From: Phoronis australis
Lineage: Eukaryota > Animalia > Phoronida
Direction: 5' to 3'
Length of the DNA stretch: 64,000 bases
Assembly (NCBI GenBank): GCA_002633005.1
Contig: NMRA01000365.1
Location: 67,235-131,234, forward strand
Part shown: piece by piece, positions 50,901 through 63,692 of the stretch
Numbering within the stretch: position 1 is the stretch's first letter
Layout of the letters: the number at the start of each line of letters is the position of its first letter
Notes under the pieces: model-generated
The model's database searches: none
Told to the model about the DNA's origin: nothing
The model's input: the letters and a program-made list of their open reading frames with translations, nothing else
Translations under genes and position numbers: made by a program

Positions 50901-53260
50901 ATTCCAAGCAAATGTCATACGGTATTGTCTTTTGATTGTTCACGTTTTCGGCATCTGGGACGGTATCAGGAACATAAAACCACGCAGAAACAGCGCCCAT
51001 GGTCAACGGTGTTCCGGAAATGCAAGAAATTACGATTTAACGACTCACCTACAACGCTGACAGCACAGATACCCCTACATCCAGTATTGCATTCATTGAA
51101 TCACAGGCTAGTAGATTTTAGTCTTTCATTGCACGTTAAAGTCAGTGGACTCCAAGAGACCTTGGGCCCGTTCCAAGAAACTGACTTAAGTTCATTATTG
51201 ACTTAAGTCTAAGATTTGTCTTAACTTCCATACTTTGAAACTTTCACATCCGGTAAGATAGTTAAAATTAAGACAAAACTTTTATCAAATATTTAATTCA
51301 AACATAAGACCTCTTTCCTGAATCAGTATCGAGACAAATTTAAGTCTTATTTTAAAATTTACTAAAATTTGAGATTTGTCTTAGCTAAGTCAGTTTTGTT
51401 GGAACGGTCCCCTTTTTGGAAAGTCCTAGAAAGTTTTCGCCAATAAATTTACCTCTTCCAGTCATAAATGCGACTCGGACTGCTTTGGTTTTTACTCCAG
51501 CGTTGGCATAAGACAATGGTGCAAAAATGGATCTTACAGAGTAGGGCTTCTGCTCTAAAATGCCAGCACATTTGGGTAACGCAATAAATGTAGCATAAAG
51601 TGCGACAGGAACAAACGTGTGGACTGCCGCGACACATAATTTGTTGATCGCCCGCCGACCAGTTCTTGAAGCAACATTAATTGCAATATGACAGAGTTGT
51701 CATCATCATATCTCAGTAGGCTTAAACAGTGATTATTGTCCTTGGAACTAACTTACTCTGTTCCCTGAGAGACTGTAGAAAGGCTTGGAAACAGTTTGGA
51801 CCTGAGCTCTCTATAAGATTACTTAATAGCAAAGAACAGGCCCTCTTGTGTTCCCCAGAGTCACAGTGACTTTGGATCTTATTCTCTACGTCTGAAATAA
51901 AACAATCTCTGCTGAAGATATTAACAGTAGAATACTATGCGTTTATTGGCTGTCTTTATATTACAATTTTGTTAGTAAATGGGTAGTCCCGACAAACGCA
52001 GTTAAACCACGACTTCCATAGCTGCGGTTGTAAACAAACGCAAAGCACATATGGCAGTTAGAGGAACTTAAGCGCACCGCAACAGTTTATTTCGTTTACG
52101 AATAAGCCGAATAAAAAGAGTCTTGGGTTGTCGATGAGGTCACGTTTCCGTAAGTACATCGCATATGCTGTCAGTTACATGCGTTCCACTGCTTCATTGT
52201 CTAATTCAAACCAGAAAGGAAGGACAATAATTGGGAAATGTTAGGTTGAGCATAGTGTTTATCGGGCACATACACTAAACTATGCTGTCTACTACATGCT
52301 TTTATATCTCGAACCCTTTCAGCTTGTCCGTTCTTCATAATCGTTTAGTGGTCTGCACAGTATATGTGTACCAAACTCATCGAAAAACCATATTTCTGCT
52401 CACCCGAGAGGTGCTTTAAAAAATGTCCGTCCGCTGATTTTGGTCAGAGACTAAGCTCGACGCATCCGTTGTGACATTAGCCAATTTATAATTGTAGGTC
52501 CTGGTCTCAAGCAACAACGAACTGATTGTTCTTTACCGACAAGCCGAGCCGCAAAATTCTCCTCTCTAAGTAGACTAAGGAATAAATTTTGAAACCAATT
52601 CCACGCATCAAAACTACGTTAAAAGAATTTTTTTCTTCTGACAGAAGGTTGGGTCTCGGGTATGATGTAATGTAACAAGTATATAGCCGGGTCGCTTTAG
52701 CCATATGTGCCTATATCTATGATGTAATGTAACAAGTAGCCGGGTCGCTTTATCCATGTATGTCCTTTTATCTACGATGAGGGCGAACTCTTACCCTGAG
52801 GATGCTAGTCGATGCGGTACGTGATCCTGGCAAATCCTACGGGAGTGTGAATAAAAATTCAAAGTGTCCTTCACCGCCGCGAATCTTATCCGGCGTCACG
52901 GGGATCGAAGTGAGTCCATATATGTGCCTAGAGGAAATCTTATGGGGGTGTCAGGGTCGGTGTGACCGCCAATTAAAGAATACGTTTCGAGGGCCCTTAC
53001 CAACAGTTAGAAACTGATATTACAAAAAACTGAGACAAATCACCGAGCGGGGTCGTACTTAACCACCCGTTAGCAGCTGCATGGTCTCAGGTAACATCTT
53101 CAATGGACGAATCACAGAAATTAACCCATTAACAAGGAAACCTACCAGCATCAAAATGAACCCCATGTGAAATCAAGCTTCCTAAAATCGTAGATGGTAT
53201 AAGAAGTTCTTCTATTATTGTTCGATTTTCCTCTAACACTTTTTTTCTTTCGACCTCCAT
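35981..53260 (-). CDS. DDX58-like: RIG-I-like receptor (2 CARD + DExD/H helicase + Zn-binding CTD), about 961 aa if a 1-nt deficit in exon 12 is corrected
   Basis: Minus-strand exons 53260-53146, 51891-51757, 50520-50355, 49081-48876 (two CARD-like domains), 46881-46789, 46265-46011 (YSYQKEL...IICAPTG), 45696-45430 (SGKT, VPIRNLVTQQ, TAQILVN), 44969-44345 (DECHH, MTAS), 44097-43970, 42647-42486, 39005-38722 (ATDVAQEGLD, QSRGRAR), 37800-37576 (CKKC, frameshift at ~37707), 36204-35981 (CGGPC, WRKVPF). All GT-AG; phases agree except for the single missing base. RIG-I versus MDA5 orthology needs a phylogeny. Confidence 0.93.
39248..40544. repeat. Tandem near-identical duplication (39248-39938 / 39940-40544) joined by a single N; related repeat at 43130-43505
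   Basis: Both copies begin TGCGCATAGCACCGAATGGGG and end GGATCTGAGC; differences are SNP-like plus one ~85-bp indel. Confidence 0.9.
47999..48137. repeat. Perfect 46-bp inverted repeat with 47-bp spacer (MITE-like) in an RLR intron
   Basis: 47999-48044 is the exact reverse complement of 48092-48137. Confidence 0.95.
51164..51411. mobile_element. PIF/Harbinger-type MITE family (also 26297-26461 and 48430-48665)
   Basis: TIRs GGGCCCGTTCCAA...TTGGAACGGTCCC; internal sequence shared among three copies. Confidence 0.75.
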
Positions 53261-54166
53261 ACCCTCACGCCTTTCTCAGTCAGTTATAATCTGAAACAAG
53301 AAACATCTGAAAGGCACGGTTCCTTTCACCGAAATCAATGCGGCCGGGTTTCGCCGGGATGTCAGTAGCACAGGCTCTATCAGTTGCAGGACTATAACTT
53401 CTACACCATCGTTTCACTTCACAATTTATTAATCATGATCATGGCAATCCGGCGGCAGGCAGTGGTAATAATGACTACTACTTTTAGGTGATCAGTGCAA
53501 TGGGCCCACATGTGAGGCCTGCGCACGTCTGGTACAACGTGTATCAGACCGCCTGCAATTATTTTTTTTAAATGAAATGTGCCCATCATTTCAAGTTGCA
53601 GCAACTTACCGATAGCACTTACCGTCGTTTAGTCAGTCTGAAGACTCGGCAACCTAAGCGAGACAGTCGGTGTTATGCGCCGTGTCATAACTCTTGAATA
53701 TCTCCGAACACTTTTCAGGGGAAATTTGTTGGTAATTGTTGGTACAAGGTGCTATAGACTGGCACAACCCAGGATTTGGGGNAAGATTGAGGTCATGAAT
53801 TGGAGCGTGCGCAGTATAAAAAAGTTGAGTTCACGATTTTGGGAACTGAAATAGGGACTGCTCGAAGAAAATGTTTCGTAACGGGAGTATTTGTTCGAGT
53901 TGGAAGGAATTAAACACATCGACAACCTCCTAAGGTGTTCCTCTATGCGCAAAAGGTATTTGTAACAACGTGACTTTGATGGTTTAGTCGGTGCGAGGCA
54001 TAATTCGCCGAAAAGCTTCCGGCGTACAGAGCGCCTATAGCCTCTACATCGCCTCTGCTTCGGGCCAACAGAGGCGATGGTCATTGCCTACCTATATCTA
54101 TGATGTAATGTAACCGTTCTTCAATGGACGAATCACAGAAATTAACCCATTAACAAGGAAACCTAC

Positions 54167-54281
54167 CAGCATCAAAATGAACCCCATGAGAAATCAATCT
54201 TCCTAAAATCGTAGATGGTATAAGAAGTTCTTCTATTATTGTTCGATTTTCCTCTAACACTTTTTTTCTTTCGACATCCAT
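54167..54281 (-). CDS. Second copy of RLR coding exon 1 (alternative first exon or allelic haplotig)
   Basis: MDVERKKVLEENRTIIEELLIPSTILGRLISHGVHFDA with an intact GT donor; part of a duplication 53098-53781 / 54119-54716 with a single N at 53782. Confidence 0.6.
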
Positions 54282-54431
54282 ACCCTCACGCCTTTCTCGT
54301 CAGTTACAATCTGAAACAAGAAAACATCTGAAAGGCACGGTTCCTTTCACCGAAATCAATGCGGCCGGGTTTCGCCGGGATGTCAGTAGCACAGGCTCTA
54401 TCAGTTGCAGGACTATAACTTCTACACCATC

Positions 54432-54857
54432 GTTTCACTTCACAATTTATTAATCATGATCATGGCAATCCGGCGGCAGGCAGTGGTAATAATGACTGCT
54501 ATTTAAATGAAATGTGCCCATCATTTCAAGTTGCAGCAACTTACCGATAGCACTTACCGTCGTTTAGTCAGTCTGAAGACTCGGCAACCTAAGCGAGACA
54601 GTCGGTGTTATGCGCCGTGTCAGAACTCTTGAATATCTCCGAACACTTTTCAGGGGAAATTTGTTGGTAATTGTTGGTACAAGGTGCTATAGACTGGCAC
54701 AACCCAGGATTTGGGGTAATATGCGTACAATATTTTCCCAGAAAAAAACCCGGGCCTCATAAACCAACTAAATTCATCTCTTGGGGAATCCCAGAATGTT
54801 TGACGTCATCTGTGGTATACATTAGCGCTACCTCACGGCCGGAAATTCGGGAAATTG
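54432..54857 (-). promoter_or_regulatory. Candidate inducible promoter of the RLR: IRF, GAS, NF-kB and CRE motifs
   Basis: GTGAAGTGAAAC (minus, 54443-54432), TTCCCAGAA (54735-54743), GGGGAATCCC (54783-54792), TGACGTCA (54801-54808); putative 5' UTR exon donors GTAAGT at 54557 and 54544, acceptor before 54310. Confidence 0.55.
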
Positions 54858-55139
54858 TTGACTTCGTAAGCATCCTGGGTAGTTCAGTAGGAGGCACAGA
54901 ACAGTTCTCACAGGGATTTGCCTGTCAGAACACACGTCAATGCACTCTTCACCCTTTCTTCACTTTGTCAAAAACTACATACAAATAAGGAAATGTTTTG
55001 AGTCATTTCACATCACAAGCCCTACAGATGAGCACAGAAACTTTATTCTCTCTTGTATTTTTGACCCATTCACTCCCAGTGGAAACCAAGCTGAACTAAG
55101 AAAAATGAGGGCAAAAAAATGCAAAATCGGCACTTTTCA

Positions 55140-55224
55140 NNNNNNNNNNNNNNNNNNNNNNNNNNNNNNNNNNNNNNNNNNNNNNNNNNNNNNNNNNNNN
55201 NNNNNNNNNNNNNNNNNNNNNNNN
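55140..55224. other. Assembly gap (N run)
   Basis: Run of N characters. Confidence 1.
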
Positions 55225-56539
55225 AAAAAAAAAACATTCACTTGGCCTACACACAATACCTAACCGAAAAATGCCCCCAAGCCTGGCCTAGCCCTAGATT
55301 TTAACATTTTGGGAGTGCAAATTGGCCCCGGCCACAACCTAACTATTCAGTGCCACCGTAGCCGCCTTGTCTGTGCCTAGAAAAATCTAGCAATATCTCG
55401 CTTAATCTCGCAAAATCTTGCTATTTTAGCGAGGTCCTAGCGTTATTGAACCTGTCTACAGTGCACCCGGCCAACCCGCGATCGAGAACGCCCTGAAGGC
55501 GATCGAGAAGGAGACCTTGCACTAAAAATGACGGACGACAGTCACGTATCCGGTGAGTTTAAGTGTCATTTTCTGCTTAAATAGAGACCACTTTGGTACG
55601 AATGTTACACACAGAAAAGCGTCAGGATGTAACCTTTGTTGTGGATCTGAATTAGTTGATAGATTAATTTTTAATTACATTTCATCCACGGTTTTTTCAT
55701 TATTTCTAAATGAGATTTAGTCTAACAAACATAACTGAATGCGTTTGATTTTTTCAGTTGAACTCATAGTGTAGCCACACGATGAGTCCTTCAGGGTGTT
55801 AACGTCCACGCCTTCAAAAAAGAGTAGTACAACTGCTGCATGTCACAACAGAGTGTGTGTGTTTGGTTGTGGAGCCTTGTTCAGGAACCAAGAAATCGAC
55901 TTAGTATGACCACATGGCAATAAAATACAGTGACACTACAACAAAGCAAGACCTTTACCAGCCCTATGATTGACGAGTTGCATGGGTCAAGAGTTTTTTA
56001 TCAATATAGTAAAACACAGCACGAAGCATCGTGCTCAGGAACCAAGTCGATTCAGTGTCCTATCTGTGATCAACGTTTCACGGAAAGAGTATTAGCCTGA
56101 TGCCACACTGCGTCACAGCACGAGGACACTCCTTTTGTGGTGACTACGAGAAATTATTGGTCTTGTCATAGATCATAAGTTTGACTTCGCTCATCGGCAA
56201 CACTTTTCCCCGAAGTACGAACTAATGGAAGTTGTAAATGAAACCACCAATGAACAGTTGTGTCTCCTAGTGGAGAGGTAGTATAGAGAAGTCGATCAGA
56301 TAAGACTCGATCTCCATTTCAATAACATAAAAGTCCAGAACTCCATGGTGAAATTGAGAAGCACAATCACAGGCTTATGAAGCGGGGGCCGGGAGGAGGT
56401 GAGCAAGCGCACTCCCACTGATGGAGTTGGGAGGCAGCGCCCCCGGCAATCTCATGGACGTCTGAAGTTGGATCCGGGGTAGTGTGCCCTCAGTAGGGCT
56501 AGTGCAGGCATGTAAGACTACAAAATGTGTAACAGGCAT

Positions 56540-59450
56540 TTTGCATCAACATTCAATTGAAATAGCAATCCCCTTTTGGTATCAGCTGATCAGACCTTTT
56601 AATATCTGGAAATTTTGACCATAAAAGAAGAAATCTTTATTACAAAAACCTTCGGTATACCAACACTTATAAACATTTTGTGTCAACTGTAAAAATCACA
56701 AAAAAGAATTTCTGACGTCAATAAACTTATTAGAGAATTGACTGGTTAAAAGAAACTGTTATGTTTTTGCCATATGAAGAGGGTGGTTTGACATATTCTA
56801 ATATAGACCTGAACAAATTAAACTTATTGTTTTATTTGGCTTATATGTTTTGGTACGAATAATGAGGCAAGTTGGAGGATATATCCGAGACATTTTTTCA
56901 GTTGTGTTGGCGGTAACCTCATCCTGTAATCCAATTTTAAACTGAAAATCTTAAAGGCGAAACTAAACCCTTTTATAAGGATGTTCTCGCAATTTTGGAC
57001 ACTTTTTACCCTAAAATGTTTAGCCAAGTTACCATAGCTAAACAAGTGATATGGAGCAATTGTAATTTAACTGTTAATGGAAAATCATTCTTTTACAAAG
57101 CTCTGTGCAATGCGGGGCTAATCGAATGGGATATTATTTCCACTTGATTTTAGTAAAAAAACTTTATAAAACGGATTAGGATAGTTTAATTGAAACTTTC
57201 AAAAGCCCAAGTAAAGCTCATTCAACAAAACACCAAATATTTTAAAACTTAATTGAGTTTAACATTTTTAGTTAAAGTTTTATTTTTGGTGATGCACCAC
57301 CACCTAAAATGTGCGCCATAGTGCCAGTGACATTTGATTCATAAAATGAAGCCTCCACGGAAACTCCGCCCACACTTTATAATGAGGCAAATGCAAATAG
57401 GGCTGAAAGTTACGGTTTGTTTATTCTTTCGACTGACAAAACTAATACAGTGTTCTAAATCAAAAAGACATATACAGTCTTCTTTTCATCCCGTCCAAAA
57501 ACCTTCATTTAATAATGTTTTTAAACATATCTAACAAAAATTTTAAAATATTTTTTCACCCACAAAAAATTGTGTAAAAATTTTTTTTGCATTTCACATA
57601 CCGGCCTGTGGCAAGGTCCAGACTTTTCAGCATGTTTTAAGCTGCTTCTCTTTTAAACTTTTCTGGGATTCCCTACATCATTTCATAAATAAAGTATTTA
57701 TTTTACGTATGCAACCGTCTCTTTGACAAACAAAGTCTTTAATGTCAAAAAAGAAACCACCTTGCTCAATACTATGCTTAAACTTCATCAAGATAGGGGT
57801 CTCAATCATGTTATAACAATTTCAAATTTATACTGGTTTAGAGAGTGAACTTCACGCCTGGAAATAACCTTTAGAGAAGTGAAGGGTTTTTGTGAAATCT
57901 CTTTAAAGTGAATAACACAACATGTCCTTTTCATACGAGTGATGGTATTTTTAACCACTTCTTCATCTTATTGTATTAAAATTCACAATTTTTTCATATA
58001 GATAATCCTATGTACATCTATATATAAATTAATTCGAGTGAGTGTGTGTCAATGAGTCCATGAAAGTCTTTCCCTTTCCGCTTTCCTCTCCCCGTTTTAT
58101 GATAGTTGTACGCTCATTCACTACGAGTGCCTTTAAAATACCTATTGTTATTATTGTAAGTATATGTAGTTGGGGCCACGGAACCACCCAATCCTAATAA
58201 TATTCACTGATAATATGATTTCTGGGTAAATAAATGTATTAGCTGAAAAATTGGTTGAAACCATTGTGGTCGTACGGTGGAGTTGAGGAGCAGAAAAAGA
58301 ACACAGCTGCAGCGAAACACGTAGAAGAGCAAATTGACTGATTAAGGAATGCAAAGCTGCATTACTCCAGGGCCCCGTCTCTTGCCAAGGACAATTGAAT
58401 CATTTGTCACTCACTTTTCCGTTTTATTTTCTAATTGTGCATCATTTGATCTAAATACCAGTCCCGCTGACGACATGCATAGTTTTATTTATATCTTTTT
58501 TCTTAAGGGGCAACTCGATCACGGAGGGGTTCCAATGATGGAATCAATTGCCTCTTGTCTCTTTTCTTATTTTTGTGAAAGGGTGCTTTTTATGTTGAAT
58601 GGACATTATCGGCGTAGAAAGCGACTTTCTGAGATCAGCCTCAGCGCAGAATCGAACCTGCAATCCGCGCTGAGCTGGCGCCTCGATCTGAATGGCAGAG
58701 TAAGCATTAGGTAAGCATCAGTTGCCTTGATTTCAGGGAATTTGTAGCAAACAATTCAACGGCGAGACATTGGTGATTTGTGATAAAATCGCAAAAATCT
58801 TACGGATTTGGTTTGTTTTGACTTTTGTCAAACTTCAACAATTCTATCCCATCCAACACTAATCACACAAATGTGTTTTTCGGCCGTTTCAATGATGGTG
58901 GAAAAACGAATAACCTTTCATATTGTGGCTTTTTGGCAGCTTGCCTTTCACATAAAGGGACCCCATCTCAGACGGCGTCCTCTATTGAAGGGCCAGAACA
59001 GAGAAACTGTCCTTTCTCCCCTGTAAATCCGGCTCTATCAACTATTCATTGGTGGAACAGAAAAAATTATATTGGTCAGGAGAATCACAGAACGTGTTCA
59101 TACAGGCATAACAGAACCAATACAGGTGGTTCAAACAAACAAAAACACGAGACTGTGTTAAAAACCTTCAATTGAACTCGAAAGGGAATTTTTTAAGACT
59201 ACTCTTTTTGAATGACGCAAAGGCAAAATTGTCGATGGTTTTAGAGCCATAAAAATATCGGTGATTTCTCCAAAGAATTACACAACAATATGTACAGTAC
59301 ATGTTCATTAAAGGTGCTCAAGGCACATATCATGGCAATCGTAAACTATTAAGACGTCTGCAATCTTTGGAATGCAACTCATAAATAATGACAGCGTAAC
59401 ACTAGAATGAAAGAAAACGTACAGGCATTACACCAGTGAGTAATGAAAAT
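56540..59450. mobile_element. Highly decayed L1/Tx1-like LINE fragments in both orientations
   Basis: Plus-strand KTFGIP, GGL and QVIWSN remnants (56540-57180); minus-strand VAFYADNV near 58600-58625 resembles a degenerate YADD. Confidence 0.4.
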
Positions 59451-59515
59451 TTCTTGGGGAGGACCATGGCTCCCGTGCTTTCCCAAGCTACCAGTGAAGA
59501 GAGTATTTCTGTGTG

Positions 59516-60415
59516 CATTGATACGTCGCAAAATGTAACAATTTCGTATAATGTAACAACTGTTACTTTTTACGTCATTGTTACATTTGGTATATTAAAC
59601 GTTTTGCTACATCGCATAAAAAGCGCATATTAAACATCACTGACTTCGACGTTGGCCGTTTTTGTTCCTTACAACCCACTTTCAATGAAACCTAGTTCAA
59701 ATCACTCAGTTAAATCACTGAATACTGGGGCTCGTTCCACATGAAATTGTGCGTTTTGTATTCATAATAATGATAACGATACCGATGAGTAATAGTAGTG
59801 AAAGTAGTAACAATAGTAATGGTAGTAATAGCAATAATAATAATGTTATAGTAATAAAAATGATAATGGGTAGCCAAACTTATGCCGTGTCAGTCTGGAG
59901 GGCATTCCTGTAGAAGAGGTATACGAAAAGTGCCGCCCAAAAGGACGTTTTTTCACAGCAAAAAATGCTCTCCAAAACGGTGCCATTTATAACAAAAAAA
60001 TTATCTAAAAGGTTGCCTTTTCTGAATTTCTGAAACACAAATGTGTGAAAATGTGAATTTTTACGCAAAATTAGTCTCTGAATGGGTCAATATTTTGTCC
60101 AAGCCCACTCTCTAAACGATAGATATTCAAATTCTTCGGGCGGCACCCCTCGTCTAAAAATACTCGAGTGCCACCGGCCGTGTCAGATACTTGTTCGTGA
60201 TTTTGTTTTTTTTTTGAAATATGACGTTGGTTTCGTAAAATGAAACAACGGTACATTTCTCGAATGTGCATTGGACATAAAATGTAACAACAACGTTAAA
60301 ATGTAACAACTTGTTACATTTTAGGAGAGGCCTAGCTACGTAAAATGTAACAATGACGTAAAATGTAACAGTTGTTGCATTTTACGAAATTGTTATAGTT
60401 TACCGCATATCAGTG
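59516..60415. mobile_element. Non-autonomous TIR element (~900 bp) with AAATGTAACA subterminal repeats and an internal (TAA/TAG)n tract
   Basis: 59516-59589 is an imperfect inverted copy of 60343-60415; termini CA(T/C)TG are EnSpm/CACTA-like, but no clear TSD. Confidence 0.6.
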
Positions 60416-63400
60416 AAGCCCTTCGGGAAATGACAAAAATTTCTTTAGCGTGAATTGCGGATTTAAACAACTCTCGAATTTGAAACATTCAGTTGAACGG
60501 ACCTCTTTGTCCCGCTTTCTTCACCCAACGTTTTCTTCGTTTGGTCACCTAAATCGAAAATTATTGGGGGGGGGGGGNTGTTACGCCCTGAATCTGAGTA
60601 AGGAATCAGATGAGGCTGATTTTATAAGAGCACGTGGCCTAAATTAGAACTTGGAGAGGAGGCCGAGGTCTATATCGCCGCCTCCAGTGATTATTAAATC
60701 TTAACAAAATTTGGTATCTTTAAAAATTAAGAACGGTATGCATCAATCATTACTTTGGACTCGTTGACAGGTCACGCGTTCTGACAAGACTGGAAACACA
60801 GTTGGTTCCTAAGACAAGGTTACACGAACCTGCAAAAGGTGCACGGCTGTTGCAAATTAATAACTTGACCCATCAATAACAGTTACAGATCATGCATTAA
60901 TGCAGCAGAAACAGTAGGTGACAAATGGTAGCGAAACGTATACAAGATTATAGCAACGGCTCAGAGAGAAGTTCAAGGGCTCATTTGGGGAGGATAGGCT
61001 TGTACCCAGGTGTACTAAGTGGGCTTATTTCCGAAAATTCGCAAATAAGACCATGAGTTGCACTCCAGTCTCCTTGTACAGCACATGCATGCATAAACCT
61101 ATGGGTGTGTGTCACACATTCGATGGACGCGAATTTTGGTATCTAAGACAGCTTTATGCTTGGCCACGCTGAGCAACAGGGTGCAACCCAACAGAAGGAT
61201 GACACTTGCAGTGGACTGAGAGGTTAGAGGGAGTAGGCTAATACACAAACAGGTGGACTCGAACCAAAAAAATCTGGAGGTGGTCAGATACGGCTGGGTA
61301 TTAGAGCACATCCATCAGAAATTATTACAAGTCCATGGAGAAGTCAAATAAAACATAAAATGCACCCCCACTCATCAACCTCTAGCTTAACAGGAGATTA
61401 CTTTTTAGCAATAAAAAGCAAATGCATCAAGAAGTGTATTGCTGGTCACATGGTTTGTTCACACAACAATGACATACAAAGCTAGCATTGTTATAGTGCA
61501 CGACCAAACAATGTAATGTTTTACTCAAAATAATGACATTAAGGCTTCAAGTGGACAAACGTTGATATGAGTGACTAATGAGTGACTAAATATCCCTGCA
61601 TCTGAACACAGTCTGTATAGGTATCCATCAACAAATAGATTAGTCATTGAATGGATGTATTTGAAATTGTGACAACATGACTTGCACTAAATCAAAAAAA
61701 CACATAAAATAAAGCTGTATACTAATGATAAATCTAAAAATGATGACTGTGAAGTGTGCTTAAGTCAAAGCACTAGTTCCATTAGAAAGACATTACCAGG
61801 AAGGGACACTTATTTCCGAACCCCATTTAAAAACAAACTTTCAAGTTGCCAGCAGCTAAACATTTTACCTAAACTAAGGAGAAATCTTGCCCTACAGATG
61901 GCATCAATTTTGGTCTATGAACAAATTAGTGGCGCTGGGCACTTTCAAAAAGTGAGCAACTTGGTGAATTAAGATTACAATCTAATAAATCCATTCTGCA
62001 CTCAATTTCTACATTGCACAGATGTGGTATTATCAATAAATAGCATCTTTTGAACAGGTTTTAGATATACCACAGATACTACAGGCAGACCCAAATAACA
62101 TTAATTTTTGGCCAAACAAGCTGACATGGAATGATTGGAAACTCTGGGAAACTCTTCAATATGCGATGCCAATAGGCATTCTCCCATTGACTCCAACTTG
62201 TACGATCGGATACCCAATGAACAAGTTGGCCAACTGACAGGTGTAGTTAGCATATTAAACTATTGGTTATCTCCCCTGAGGTATTTATGGTTGGAGGGCT
62301 AGCTCGGTTTTGCTCGATAATATTGCTACAATCTCTGATAAGACCATACCAAGACAAAAGACTGCACTCAGCAGTTGACAAAGGCACCAGATGTTATCAG
62401 ACGTTCAGAACCAGCATAGTCATTGAATTGGAGAAAGCTCTTATATTTTTAATTACTGAGCCATCTATTCTACATCAAAGATATCTTGCACACATGGTAG
62501 TGTGCATTTACATCAACATTTTTAATGATTAGTTGCGCAATTATTTAAGTCATAACACACTAATCACAATCCGTGGACAAAGGTTTTGTCTTTATAAAGG
62601 CATTATTTTATTTTCTATAAGATAGCACTTCTTCCATTTCTTTTGGAAACAAAACATCAAAAAGTTGTTGTTTAGCCACTTGGCCCTACCTGGCAATGTC
62701 TTGGTGGTTGCATGAACATACTTAACTTTGCTGACAAAGTTAACAGAATCGTCATTAGTTAGCAGACAAACTTCAGATGAAGGGAGAAACTAAAAACTAT
62801 AAACTTGAGGAAAGACGTGATATTACTGGAATGAAACCTAAAAATGAGATTCAAACTTGGTTCAGTTAAAAGTTTTCTTGAGATGGTAGAGCTACTTTCA
62901 CATACACATGGACCTAAGCCAAAAACCAAATGACCACCGTCTAATGTAATCAACTTCACATCATAAATTGCAACTGAATGTACCCAACCACAGAGGGTGT
63001 GCCATGTTTAATTGCAGTCAAGACAGGACCAGTTTAAAACTTGTACAATGCCTAAAGAGACCCAGTTTTACATCAAGGCAATGGCAAAGCAGCACTGATT
63101 TCAATGGAGTTTCAAAGTGTGCAACTTTTATGTTTCAGAACGTCAATACCATAAGATTCATGTAGATCTGGAATGTATTACTAGCTAGATCAATAAAACA
63201 GTTCACAAACAATACTAAATTTTGTTTAATGTACCTGTGCTGAGCTTATATCAACCCAAACAGAATACTGTTTCTACCAAAATACTTAAACGTTAATGTC
63301 CAATAGAACAATAACTGCTTTTCAAATGAACACATATGCACCATTCTGAAATGTCACCTATGGTAACTGCCAAGCAGTTGAGTTTGTACAATAGATAAAA

Positions 63401-63504
63401 ACAGTCCGTTATACACCTTCTTACCCTGGACTTAAATAAATAAATATAACATCCACCCTATACATAGTAATAATCTCTGCCGTGTATGGTCAATAAATAT
63501 TGCA

Positions 63505-63692
63505 CTAAAATACATCACTTTGTCCTCCCCTCCTCAGATCGCTATGCGCTGTCAACGTCTGGTTCGTTTTACCAACAGCATTGACTACATTCAGCCCTTC
63601 TATCCTTTGGCACCGTGGTCGCTGGTTTCCAGACTGTTGCATTGTGTGACCAAGTGCCTTCAGGTCTTTGACAATTGACCTGGAGAAGTTTC
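63505..63692 (-). CDS. GGT: Last coding exon of a gamma-glutamyltransferase (glutathione hydrolase); the rest of the gene lies beyond the window
   Basis: Acceptor TCAACAG, then NFSRSIVKDLKALGHTMQ...LNVVNAVGKTNQTLTAHSDLRRGGQSDVF-stop, matching the GGT small-subunit C-terminus pattern (LxxxGH...VVQAI...ASDxRKGG). Confidence 0.82.

Noticed and set aside
60600-62540. Additional genes between the TIR element and GGT
   Set aside because: Only short ORFs without motifs; more consistent with decayed repeat and GGT 3' UTR.
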